Shown: piece after piece, positions 13,200 through 24,970 of the stretch
Numbering within the stretch: position 1 is the stretch's first letter
Layout: each line of letters opens with the position of its first letter
Source of the DNA: Lama glama
Lineage: Eukaryota
DNA length: 64,000 nt
Assembly: GCA_028534125.1 (NCBI GenBank)
Contig: CM052816.1
Coordinates: 2,046,001-2,110,000 of the forward strand
Direction: 5' to 3'
The notes under the pieces: generated by a model
Told to the model about the DNA's origin: nothing
Databases searched by the model: none
Seen by the model: the letters and a program-made list of their open reading frames with translations, nothing else
Position numbers and translations under genes: made by a program

Positions 13200-13300
13200 A
13201 GAGGGCAGCGGTGGATGGGTGTTGGTTGCTGCTGTGTTCCCAGGGCTCAGGCCGGCTGTCTCACTGCTGTGTAGTAGATGCTTAGAGTATGTTTTTGTAA
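13200..13300 (+). mobile_element. L2 3' end fragment
   Basis: gagggcag...gctgctgtgttcccagggctcag...gtagatgcttagagtatgttt. Confidence 0.45.
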
Positions 13301-15396
13301 AATGCAAGAAAGGAGCTAGAAATGCAGCTGCTGAATCTGGTGGTCTCGTCGCTCTGCATAAAGACAGGCTTGTTACAACTACATAGTAAAGTGAAAAGGC
13401 ACTGCCATTCAAGAAGGACGAGGAACAGAAAAATGTGAGCTAAAAATATTAAATTTGTTACACTTAAAAATGTTAATCTTCACACGATTACCATGCAAAT
13501 CCCCTCATTGCCTAACTGTTTAATTGATCAAGTAAATCACAGAGCAGACAAGTAAGTGAAAAACCCGGCTGTTGACATTCACACAAAGCACATTTTCAAG
13601 AATATATTCTGTTAACTAGTATGTCTATTACCCACGGTGATGTGAATTTAACACACACTCACACACGTACATACAGGACCCTTTGCAAGCAGGCAGATTT
13701 CAGAGAGTTTGGGGAAAACATTCATTTTTGTATGGCACCTTGGTAGTCTCCCATTATTATATCAAACGTGCAATCTGGGTAACATACATTTCAGCAGTTC
13801 CTTTGTTTTATATAATGTTAGAAGACTTAAGAATTCACCATTTCTTCTTTCAGGCAGGTATAATATTGATGTGCTACTCTGGTGACTGAAGGGTTAATGA
13901 GCCCCCCCTCCAGCCCCCCTGCCCCCCACCCCAATCCCATCATGTGCCTGGTTGACTCTGAAAGAAGGGGCTTGAAGTTGCCCACAGGGCATCCCTTTTC
14001 CCAGCCTTCTCCAAGGCCACCTGGGCAGACGGGAGCTTGCCTCCTGTCCTTAGGACACAAAATCCAATCAGGCGCCACGTCTGCCCATCTCCCTGACCTG
14101 CGAGCCGGGAGGAGGGAGAAGCAGAGGCGGCTCACGTTGGACAGGCTGCGTCTTTGTGGCTTTGAGGGCTCCTGCCTCTATCGAGGGAGGACGTTCTCCC
14201 TTATTTTCAAGATAAGGTGTCGTTCTTGAGAGCAATGTGCTGAACTAATCAGGTTAATTGAGAGGCCCCGGATCGTCCTGACTGAGCCACTCTCTTCTTC
14301 CTGTTACAGGCCGATAGTGCAGACAGACAGATTACACATCTTTTAGCTTCCCCCAAGCCCATGGAATCTGCAGGTGCGCAGGGAACGTAGCTTCGGCCGA
14401 ATGTCACTCAGACTATTGGAGCATGGGTTCTTAATGGAACAGCACAGCGTTAAAAACAAAACAAATCAGAGACAAAAAACAAGCTCTCCTCGTGACTGTG
14501 GGAAGTGTGCCTTCCAATGTCTGCTCTGTTCTCTGGTTTTTCTTAGTGTTAAAATAATCTCAGAATTTCAGATCAGCCAGAATGACTATTTGTTGAAGAA
14601 TCCAGATGGGATTCCCCCCCAACCCCGGCTATTTTATTTAAGCTTGAAACTTAAAAAAAAAAAAAAAAACTCATCGTGATGTGCCATTACTGATAAGGAG
14701 TTTCCCGGGCTGCGTCCAAGCGGGACACTGGGGGCTGTGGCCCTGACTAATGGCATCTCAGCCTGCCCTTGGAGCTGCGGACTGGGGAGAAAACAGAGCT
14801 GCTCCCACCCAGCTGTGTGAAGGGTGGGGATTCCTCCTTCTCCCCCTCCCCTCCAGATGATTTGTCATAGTTTAATTTTAAACACTATCATTTGACTATT
14901 CTTTCTTTCAATCCCACCTCTTTCCTCCCGGTTTTTTTTTTTTCTTGGAAGTTCCAGGAATGACTTTAATTATCTCCACAATCAGATTCTCATTGCTGCC
15001 TCTGTGAAAGTGTGTAGTCATAGATTGCAAGGATTATTTTCTTTAGCACTTGGGGATAGAGAAACCGGTTGTTTCAAAATGAGAACCAGCTGCTTCCACA
15101 GAGCCCTATTTAATGGGGAGCCACTTTGTACACAAACCTTCACTCAGGTCGGTCATTACGCCAAGCTCCAAATCAGCAGTGTTTGGTCTATCACCCTTTA
15201 TTAAATGTCGAGTGAGGAGTGATTTAGCCGATAGAATAATAATAATAATTAAAAAGAAACACACCCCGCATCTTTCATTTTGTCTCGGCCGGGCTATTGG
15301 ATTTAGAGCGAGCGTATCTCAAACTTCCTCCTATGGTAATTATGCTGTAGACTAGTTTACCATTGCTTTCTCATAGATGTCTGGGGTGTGGGGGGA

Positions 15397-15418
15397 GTGT
15401 GTGTGTGTGTGTGTGTGT
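15397..15418. repeat. (GT)11 microsatellite
   Basis: Directly visible. Confidence 0.9.
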
Positions 15419-18400
15419 TTAACCCTCTGTAAATGTAGGAAATAAAATTGAGCTCATCTTTCAACAAAATCTTCCATTTGACAAGCACAGAAGATAGATG
15501 AAAGGTAGGTAGCCAAGTTGTGGGTCCCAAGAATAGGACCAATTGGAGGGCAGAGATAACCAATATTATCAAATATCTTCGATGCCATCCTGTAAAATAA
15601 TGATAAGGGTGATATACCACATGCATTTTGCTGCCCTTCAGGCTTGTAGAAATTGGCTTGTTGTCATACCAGGTTAATCTTTAGCAGCACCAAATTCGAT
15701 TTGAAATAAGGAAAGGACTTTCACAAGTTGACTGTAGAAAAGACTTTTGAAGCATGCAAAGAAGGGGGAAGAGAAGCATAAAAGACACATAAAACCACAG
15801 CAGATATTCAGTTATGGGGATGATTTGTTTTTTGAACCCGGGTTGCATTTTTATAAGATAACCTAATTTAGGGGAGGCAACATTTATTAAATCAGGGTTT
15901 GAAGGATTAAAAAAAAAAAAGCTCCATAAAGATTTTTAAAAATCTAGTTTAACCAAATTTTGTCTAATAAATGTGAGCCATTATTTTGTATTATGTAAAA
16001 ATGCATAAAAATAATGGCTACTTAAAAAAATCATAACATACTTTTTTTCACATTGACATCAGCACCATAAAATATTATGTAGAAAGCGTAAACATTTAGA
16101 AATTTACTCTCACAGGCAGTTTGATCAGTAAGTGTTTACTTTTACATATATGTGTTTACTTGTTTTATTTTAAGAATTTCCATACTGAAACACGATTTGT
16201 GGAAAAATCTCATCTAACAATTTTTCTGTTTGCTTACCAACAACTTTGATTATGCAGTATCTCTTCAGTTAAAACTGTAATTCTATTGTGTATTTCCTGT
16301 ATCTCTATTAAAAAAAATTCTGTGGGTTTTTTTAATATAAAAAAACAAATAACTGTTATATTTCCAGTCACTCAAATTTGAACTGAATTTTACTTCCTGT
16401 TTCAAAGGTCAAGGCAAGATGACCTCAGCAGCAGTGTGGAGGCTGCTGAATTATTCATATCATTGACTTTGTGTCAGCTTCCACATTTGTGGAGAGGGAT
16501 GTTTTATTCATTTATCTCATTTAGGGTTCTTCTCTGCACCTGTTTCTACCATTAAGTACCCTGTAATTTGCATTTGATGCTAATTTAGTTTCATATCAGC
16601 CTGGTCCCCCCTTGTTAATTTAATTTTCTAAGACCCTTTTCATTACAGTAGAACTGTTTTCCTCTTTAAAGCAAACATCTATACAAGTAATTGTATAAAC
16701 TGCCTTTTAAATAATATCTTTTAGAAGATTCCATCGTTTAATTCCTTAATTCCTGTAATTAGCCACGGTTTGATGAATGTTTCAAAGGGTTAAATTAAAA
16801 TGCAGAATTACTCAAATGCATACTTGAATAATTTCTTATATACGTCAGTGTTAGTGTTTCAGGACTCTTCCTGATAATTCTCAGAACAGTGTGTCTTAAC
16901 AGCGGTAATTTCCTTTACTTAGAGAGCTGTTTAGTTTACTAACAGTAGTTTCTTTCAAATCACAGTGCTCTCAACATTTCTTGTGAGATGTTCGTTTTTT
17001 CCTTCATCAAATTGCTGATAGACAGTGGCTTAAAAATGTTTCTGCAGCACGAGTAATAACATACCCAAAATAATCAGGGTAGAATTAGGTCAGATTCCTT
17101 GACATGTCATGAAGGTTTGGTATATGGAATTTCAGGAAATTGTCACATCGTATGTCTGTTTCTCTTCTTCCCAAGTGCTTTTATTTTTGTGTACTGCTCA
17201 GAGTAGATTGCCTGGGAATTTCTCAGTTTCTCAGACACAGTGGTCTTAGCAAGCTTTCATTTGTATCTACAAGTACTCACTGAGCTTCGGTTGCCACCTA
17301 GATAGTGTAGAAATTAGGAGTAAGTTGTTAAGAGGGGGCCTGATTGAAATGGCGACTATGTTGGTCGGAGTGGCTGTGTCCCTGGAGCATCCCTTGGGGA
17401 TTTGGAGGTCATAAGAACTAGCAAGTCCTATAAGCCAGGTATGCAGCCCCCGAATTTGGGGGGAAGGAACTCAGCTTCAGTCCTTTCCCTGTACCTGTTT
17501 GGCAATTTCTTGACACAGATGTGTCAGTATTCCTTATAGGCTCCCTTAGAGGTGGGAATTTAAAATAGGGATATGAATTACGAATTCAAGTTCCAAGGTA
17601 CACGGAAATGACAGAGAAGGAAAATGTGTGGCAAGGGCTGAATGTTACTAAGGAATTAGCCCAGGCTCTACAGTGGCCCTTCTTTCCACTGGGTTGGATT
17701 AATCTTATCTCTGGCTCCTATTCTCCAGGGATGCTAAATGGTGTAGTGGCTTTGGGTTTCCAGAAGGATTCAGATCTATTGAAACTGGATTTTGAAGGTG
17801 GCTTCTCTTGTTCTCTCAGCTATAAATGAATCCGGGGACTCCCACAAACAACTCTGTGTGGAAAAGTGAAAGGGGTTCTCAGTTTTCTAGCAGGCAGCTT
17901 CATCTGTCTGTTTTCAAGACAGGGCTTGGGGTAGGCTGCCTGTTTCCCAAGGGTCCCCCTCAGCTGGGGACTTCTTGGGTGTGTGCCATCACCATGAATT
18001 TTTCGCATCCTGTCGTTTATTAAGCTTGCCTTATGCTTCTGCTGATGGGCCTAAAATAATGTGAGGGTTTCCAGGAATGATATGTAGGATCTTGATTCAT
18101 TAACAAATCATTTACTGACTTCCCCCACCCCGCCCCCCAATCCTGCTGCCCCATTTAGATATCCTTTGTAGTTTGTGCAAGTCTCTGAGCTCCACCAGAA
18201 AAGTCTCCTTGAGGTTTGATTAAACAGCCGGGTTTAAAAACAATAAGGAACATTTGCGGAGTTCTTAAGGCGACAGGCAAGGTTTTCCCACCCAGCTCTG
18301 GCTGATGCTGGGAATTCTACTGTTAGAGCCTCATCTCTTTAGCTAAGCGCTTTTGGTCTTTCCTAAGCCATACATAACTTTGAGAAGGCTAACGCTTTAA

Positions 18401-18469
18401 TTCTGTCTTAACTCACTCATCTACCTCTCCAAGGGAATGAAATAAAGATTTTACTTGGGCTTGGCTCTT

Positions 18470-18845
18470 TTCAGTTTACATTTATACTCTTTTGACCTAA
18501 ATCATTTTAGTTCTCATGGCAACCCTGTGAGATAAGCAGGGGTTGGTACCCATTTCCTGGAGATGGAGAATGAATAGTTTAGCTTCATGAAGCTAATAAA
18601 TAAGCTAGTCAAGTCTCAAGGGCAGGTTTTCTAAGGAATCTTGGTTGTTGTAGGAAGAGACTAGGTTTTTATTTGAGCTGAATGGACTCTCAGAGATTAG
18701 AGTGAAGTCCCTTCATTTTACAGATGAGAAAGCTGAGGCCAAGGGAAGCTCGGTAATGATGTCCAAAGATCTAATTAGCCTCAGAGCCAGGACCTTAAGC
18801 CAAGTTTCTGGCTCTGATTCCAGTGGCTTTTCTGCCACTACCCTG
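18470..18845 (-). mobile_element. Two adjacent MIR-family fragments (~18470-18620 and ~18690-18845)
   Basis: ctcatggcaaccctgtgagataagcaggg...cccattt and cttcattttacagatgagaaagctgaggccaaggga...cagagccaggac...tgattccagtggcttttctgccac. Confidence 0.7.
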
Positions 18846-20659
18846 GGCCATCTGGGTCCCACTCTGCTCTCCGCTTCACCTTGTGCGAGATCAGCCTCAG
18901 GGAAGTGTGTAACTTGCATTTTCCGGATCTGGGTCCAAAGAAACCTGTGAGCTCAGTATCTCCAACAAAGTCCAGCGTGGTGCACAGCACATACAAGGAA
19001 CACGTGGTAAATTGTGTCTAAGAAAGTGTAACAGTCATGGGGAGGAGGGAGCGACAGAATACCTCCTTTTAAAAATACTACCTTATTTTTAAAAGCTCAC
19101 ATATTTCATTCATTTCCAACCGTGCTTGCTCATGGTATGTCATCACGCTGCAAGAAGTAGCCATTTCTGTTTATAAATGTCAGAGATACTTCATCAATAG
19201 TCGTCTTTCAGTGGGAATTTCAGAAAAGTTCATTCTAGACGTCTCGTCGTGAGCAGTTGTCCCTGACCCTTACCTTTCTTGGGAAGGCACCGACGTGCGT
19301 AAATAAAGATCTTGGCAATTTTTGAAGTAAGTCCTCATTTTAAGAGGTTATCTTATATTTAAACCTAAACAAATTTAATAAATTGTCCTTTCCAGAAATA
19401 ATAATAAAAGAAATGAGGCTTTGTTGTAGAATATAATTCTGAAGAAATCATAGTGAAAGGGGGAAAAAAAGTACGTCGAACTTTCCCCTACTGTAAATGG
19501 ACTTTGTGCCCAGTGTTGCCTGAGCAGGGCTGTCACCCCTGGTGAACCACCAAGGAGGGGCAGAAGGCTTGGGTGTGGTGCTGAGGGGAGCGAGCACCCT
19601 GGGTTAGTCCCCAGCTGAGCTGCCCAAGAGTGATTCCAGAAGGCAAGGGGGCATTCACCTGGGAAGCTGGGGGTGGGAGTGGGTCATCGGCAGCTTTTGT
19701 ACCTCTTCAGGATGTGGGGGAGAGGAGGAAGCCGCAGGTATCTCAGCCTCTGAATTACATGCCTGTCTGGACTGCCTAGGTGACTGGGCTGATTTGGAAG
19801 AATCTGAGGTTTTCCATCTTGGTTCAGCTATGTGACTGACTGCAGCCAAGGGCGAAGTCTTCCTTTCCTGCATCCACGATCTGGTCATTTAGGGCCAATG
19901 CCATAGTTTAAAAACGTGAAATTTCAAATTGATACATCTTCTCTTTTCCTCTTCCCAAATGGTCATAAACAAGTCAATGATCTAAATTCCCTTGTGCTCC
20001 CAAATATTTGGACGTTGGAACCCGGAAAGAATAATTCTGCTAAATCTATAAAAATTGTTTCATCATGGGGGCTAGTCTTGTTTGGGAACCATTGTTTTCA
20101 CTCACAGAGGCGATAAGCACAAACACCCATTGATTTCATTGACCTCAAATAGGAGAAATGAACCAGCACGTTAATTTATTCAGTAAATGTTCATGAAGCA
20201 TCTACTTACTGTATGACATAAATTGTAGCCCCTGTTCCTGAGTGGGGGCTGCCCTCAGGGTACCATGTGGCACTTCCAGGTGACTCACTTAGTAAGGAAA
20301 TTGCATTTCTTGGGGACTCCCTTTCTCTTTGCCAAGTCCACTGAGTCCATTGGACCACCAAGTCCACTGAGTCATTCATCTTTCTCCTGCCATCACCTGG
20401 CCCCCTGCCCCACTCCCAGCATAAGATCTAAAGTAATTCATTATACATCAGATTCAGTGTAGGTCAGTGCCCTACCATGCTAATTTTTGATCATCAAGAT
20501 ACCGCTACCTCTATCACAAACCCAAATTCAAGAATGCTCTTTTGTTAAGGAGCCAGCACGTGTTGGTCCTCCTATAGGCCTGATACGTTAACTTGCTCAT
20601 GCTGAAGTCGGATGTTTCATTTATAATGGAAACGAGAAGCAACCTGGCATATGCTGAAC

Positions 20660-20810
20660 CAGGACACAGGAGACCAGGTTTTTAATACTGCCTCTGCTGT
20701 TGTTCAGATGTGTGAGCCTCAGCAAGTCTTGTAACTTCTCTGGGTCTCAGTTTTGCCATTTATAAAAGGAGAGGATTGGACATTTCAGGATCTTTAAGGT
20801 TCCTTCTCTC
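20660..20810 (+). mobile_element. MIR/MIR3 fragment
   Basis: caggagaccaggtttt...tgtgtgagcctcagcaagtcttgtaacttctctgggtctcagttttgccatttataaaaggagaggattggac...tctttaaggttccttc. Confidence 0.75.
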
Positions 20811-22441
20811 TCACTGATTTTAATCCTCTCTACTATAAATCTGGTGATTTCTTACCCGTAATATTGGACAGTAGCCTATTATTAAACATTGCTTGGGCAG
20901 CATGTGCTGTGCTGCAAATAGCAGCCTCACAGTTAGAATGAAACCACCAACAATATTTTCAACGAACTTTTACTCCTCTATTACCTTGGCCTGGGTATCA
21001 GCTAGGTGATAAGAAGCTAAGGCAGTCAGCACAGCCCACGTCTATTGCTAAGATTTATTTGAAGGCAGGGGGCCATGGGGTGAGGTCTTAAGACGATGTC
21101 CCTTACAAGGCTAATTGAATTGGTATATTTAAATTTATTGGTAGCATAACTTGTGCAAAATGAGAAGGGGATCTAGTAAAAAGAAAACTGTAGGCTTGTA
21201 AAATGTGAGGCATGTGGACAAATACATGAGACAGTAACCCCAGAGGGCCATCAGCAGAGGCTACCTTCACGACATCCCAGAGCTGTCGAACCAGGTTCCT
21301 GTGGTTTAGACTTGTGTTCCAGATGAAGCCGCCTAAATGCTGGTACCTGTATGAAGGCACACTGAGTTGCACATAGCATGTGCTCATGAAATACTTGTTA
21401 ATTGTCAGCAGATCCACATTGTGAATGTACTTTTGAGGAGGTTAATTTTCTTTAAGGCCAAATAACCCTGACAATCTTTAGAATGAAGCTATAAAATTCT
21501 GTGTCTGCTTGTATCCTGTGCTAATATGAGAGAACACAGTATATATCCCTTAAGCTTAAAGAAATTAGAATTTCACCGAAATCTCAAAAAATTCTTCTTC
21601 TTTTTTTCCTTTGTGGTTACATGCAGAGATAAGAGACTGAGAAACAAAACTGTCCAGGATAGGAATAAGGTTCTGTATATCTATATCTATTTTTAAATTT
21701 GGAATTCTTGAGCTCTTTCCTATAAACATAATATTTTGACGGATCCTCAAGGAAACAAACTTGTGAGTCTCATGGATAATGACTTTCTGAGAATTCCAGG
21801 TAAAGAATAGGCCTTCTCACGCTTTCCTGTTTTTTGTTTGCTTTCCTTCATTTCTTATTTTATGTCTAATAAGCCTTTACTTTAAGCGAGATCAATTGTT
21901 AAGACAAACCAACTGCAGAGCTAAAGTATAGAACGTTAATTCTATAGTAATACCCTATAAAAACCAAAAGAAATAAGACTAACTATTAAAAGAAATCCAT
22001 ATGTCTCTGGAATTTTTATTTAAGTTTGTATTAGCGATAATGACCTTGGTTCCAGGGAATTCAGTAACGATTAATGACCAGCAAGGGGTCACTGGCCCCA
22101 TGGAGCTTTGGGCCAACAATACCTTCCAACATGGACAAGAACTGGTCATTTATCCCAAGGAAGTGCCCTGAGGCGAGGTCCTTATCCTTTGCCATCTGAT
22201 TATAATTTAGCCTCAACTTTTAAAGGGCCCTGAGGAGCAAAGATGCAATAGGTTCGTGCTTTCAGGCTTTAAAAGAGTTTATTTTTGCCTTGAAATTCAT
22301 AATTGAGTATCATCAAATAGAGTTGTTCCAAAAAAGTTAGTAATTATGTTCCTTTCTTTCTGGGGTGCGTATACTAATTTTCTGTCTCCCTATCTATCTG
22401 CTGGCTTGTAATGGTGTAAAAGCATCTAGGTATATACTTAC

Positions 22442-22443
<2 letters not shown>

Positions 22444-22475
<32 letters not shown>

Positions 22476-22486
22476 AGAAAGAGAGA
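22444..22486. repeat. (TG)n(AG)n compound microsatellite
   Basis: Directly visible. Confidence 0.9.
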
Positions 22487-22505
22487 TGTTAAAACACTCA
22501 ATGCA

Positions 22506-22604
22506 TGAATATATGTATGTAAATGCATGACTGGGACGTTGTGCTGTACACCAGAAATTGACACACTGTAACTGACTATACTTCAATTAAAAACAAACAA
22601 ACAA
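22506..22604 (+). mobile_element. 5'-truncated young L1 3' tail with A-rich tail and perfect 15-bp TSD
   Basis: gaatatatgtatgta...tgactgggacgttgtgctgtacaccagaaattgacacactgtaactgactatacttcaattaaaaac; TSD aaaacactcaatgca at 22491-22505 and 22605-22619; TT/AAAA target site. Confidence 0.85.
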
Positions 22605-22839
22605 AAAACACTCAATGCAGTATAAACAGAATAAGAAAAGTTGGATAACAGAAACTTCAGTCAAATAAGTTTTATTTGCTGCTTGGCAAGGACATAGTTC
22701 TGTAATAAGTAAAATAAGAGACTAGAGGCAGAGTGAAGTTAGTCTTTTCCTGGGTTACACGTGAATATTGGCATGGTGACCGGCATTGGCTTTTACATGT
22801 TCCATGAGTTATTGTTGTAAATACTGTAATTACTGTTGT

Positions 22840-23088
22840 TAATGATGATAGCTAACATTTATTAAGCTACACATTTGCGAAGTATGTTCTCATTCATTTC
22901 ATACAATAACTCTATGTTGGAAGTATTCTTACTTCCTCCCATTTTATAGATGGGGAGACTAGGGCTCTGAGAGGTTACATAAATGGCCCAAGGTCACCAC
23001 AGCTATTAAGTGGTAGAGTTGGGACGCCAGCCCTGCTGTGCCGGACCCCAAAGATCAGGGTCTTAATCATGACACCATTCTGCCTCTA
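22840..23088 (-). mobile_element. MIR SINE, near full length
   Basis: atagctaacatttattaagc...cccattttatagatggggagactagggctctgagaggtta...gcccaaggtcaccacagctattaagtggtagag...gtcttaatcatgacacc. Confidence 0.85.
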
Positions 23089-24399
23089 TTTAAAAACTAA
23101 CATTTCCATTTTCTGAGCACAGCCTTTAATATATTCATTTAGGCAAATTTCCATCCTTTGCTGGCATAATCACTATTCCTTTTGTTGGCCATTGCTCCCC
23201 TGGGCTTTCCTCAAACATGGTCAGAGGTGCCCCGGACTTTTTAAAGATGGAAGAAAGGCCACATGGCCCTGCATAATTTGACCGAGACAGCTGTGCAGTT
23301 GGTTGTCTCATTTAAATTACAACCACAAAAAAGATGTGCCAGGCTTCATTGACACAAGGCTAAGGGCAGGAACACGAAACGGTTTCCTGAACCTGCCCTG
23401 GGTTATTGCCAAAGGTAAGCAGCCACGCTCAGCAGGGTCTCGTGGACCGCTGAAGAGGCAGCGAGCTTCACTAAAACAATTATCCCTCCCTGGCCCTCTT
23501 CTGAAGCTTTGCAGCTCCAAAGTCTCCGGGTAAAGGATCTGTCCGGCTCTTAATTCCAGCTTGGAACGGCTGACCTAGGCAGGAACTTGAAGACAATTCG
23601 TCTGAGAGTGAGGGAGAAAAACAAAGATGTGAGATTTAAAAGGCGTTGGTGTTGCAAAGGATCATCCTGACAGGCTGTGGCTCAGATTTAGAGAAACCCC
23701 AAACTGATTTGCTGAAGGCTGAACACAGAACCTTGTAACCACAGACCACGGAGGCATTCATGAGACCTGACAAGCCTACCTTTAATACAGAATCTGGTAC
23801 AAAGTTTCATGTGTGTATTTTTGCTGTGTTTTTTTTTTCTATATCTTTTGGAATTGAGTCTGATAGTCCAAAGGGTACCTTTCATGTGCAATATATCCCT
23901 CTTTGCTTTGAGGCAGCTGAGGAGCCTTCCTGGAGCTGTGAAACAATAAATCTATGTCCACAGGATATACGATTTCTTCTTTTTTGGGTGGATTTTTACA
24001 TAGTATATTTTTTTCCCCATTCCATGATTTTTAACATCAGTTACTTTGTTTTCTTTCTCACCTTTCCAAAACTTCATTCATGGTAGATGCTTCCCAAATC
24101 AGATTGGGTTTTAACAAAATTTCGTCTTTCTGAAACAAACATATTAAATCTTCCAAGAAAGTTCATAATAGTGATACAATTTTTTGTTTTTGCACGTGGG
24201 TTTGTGTCGTGAGCCTGCGCCTGTGTGTGCCACGTAGGTCTGTGTAAACATATGCAGGTAGTGTGGCTTTGCTGCTGCAGCCATTAACGACAAAAGAACC
24301 TATTTTAAGACTACTGGCTTTTTAACAATTTATGATAAGAGGCAGGTGGCAGAGATTACCATTTTTCCCCCCGATGGAGAAAAAACAATTGCAGCAAAA

Positions 24400-24970
24400 A
24401 TGGACGAGGACCCACCGCCTGCGCCGGGCTGCTGGCGGCTGCACCTCCGCAGAGCGGGCTGGGCTCGCGGGAGGCCCCGGCGCGGGAGCGCGCCGAGCCG
24501 AGCTCCCCCCGCCGCCGCCGCCGCCGCCGCCGCCGCCTCTCAGTAGTGGCATTGTGGGGACTCATGAATTACTTCTTACAGTCGGGGCTCCCTGCTATAA
24601 ATCCAGCCTGGTGCCGAGAGCACTGCGGGCAGCGGAGCACACAGCAGAGGCCGCGGTGTTTGTGTTGTTGTTAGCGACACGTAGCGAGTTCCTCCGAAAC
24701 GGAAAGGCCCCGGCTCCAGTTTGTCGCCAGCGAAAGCCGAAACATGAGTCGCACATGTGCGGCGGGAGCCGCCGGCCGCCCGGGCGCGCAGGGGGAGCGA
24801 GCAGCGCCACCGCCCGCCGCCCCCCCGGGGAGGGGGGGTGCTGGGGGAGGGGGGAGGGGCCGGTGGGAGCAGAGAAAACGGCCCCCGGGACTCCGGGCAG
24901 AGGGTGCCCTGACCCCCCTCACCGTTACTTGCCTCCCCATTGCGTCTCACTACTTGCCCGGAGACGTGAG
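24400..24970. promoter_or_regulatory. Intragenic CpG island, putative internal promoter/enhancer
   Basis: Abrupt GC- and CpG-rich segment in an AT-rich, CpG-depleted intron; contains (GCC)9, TATAAAT at 24596-24602, GC-box-like ccgccc motifs and G-tracts. Promoter activity is inferred. Confidence 0.8.
24511..24537. repeat. (GCC)9 trinucleotide repeat
   Basis: Directly visible, uninterrupted. Confidence 0.95.

Noticed and set aside
17388..17955. Isolated EBF-like sites (TCCCTTGGGG, TCCCAAGGGT) suggesting autoregulation
   Set aside because: CCCNNGGG is expected many times by chance in 64 kb; no clustering evidence here.
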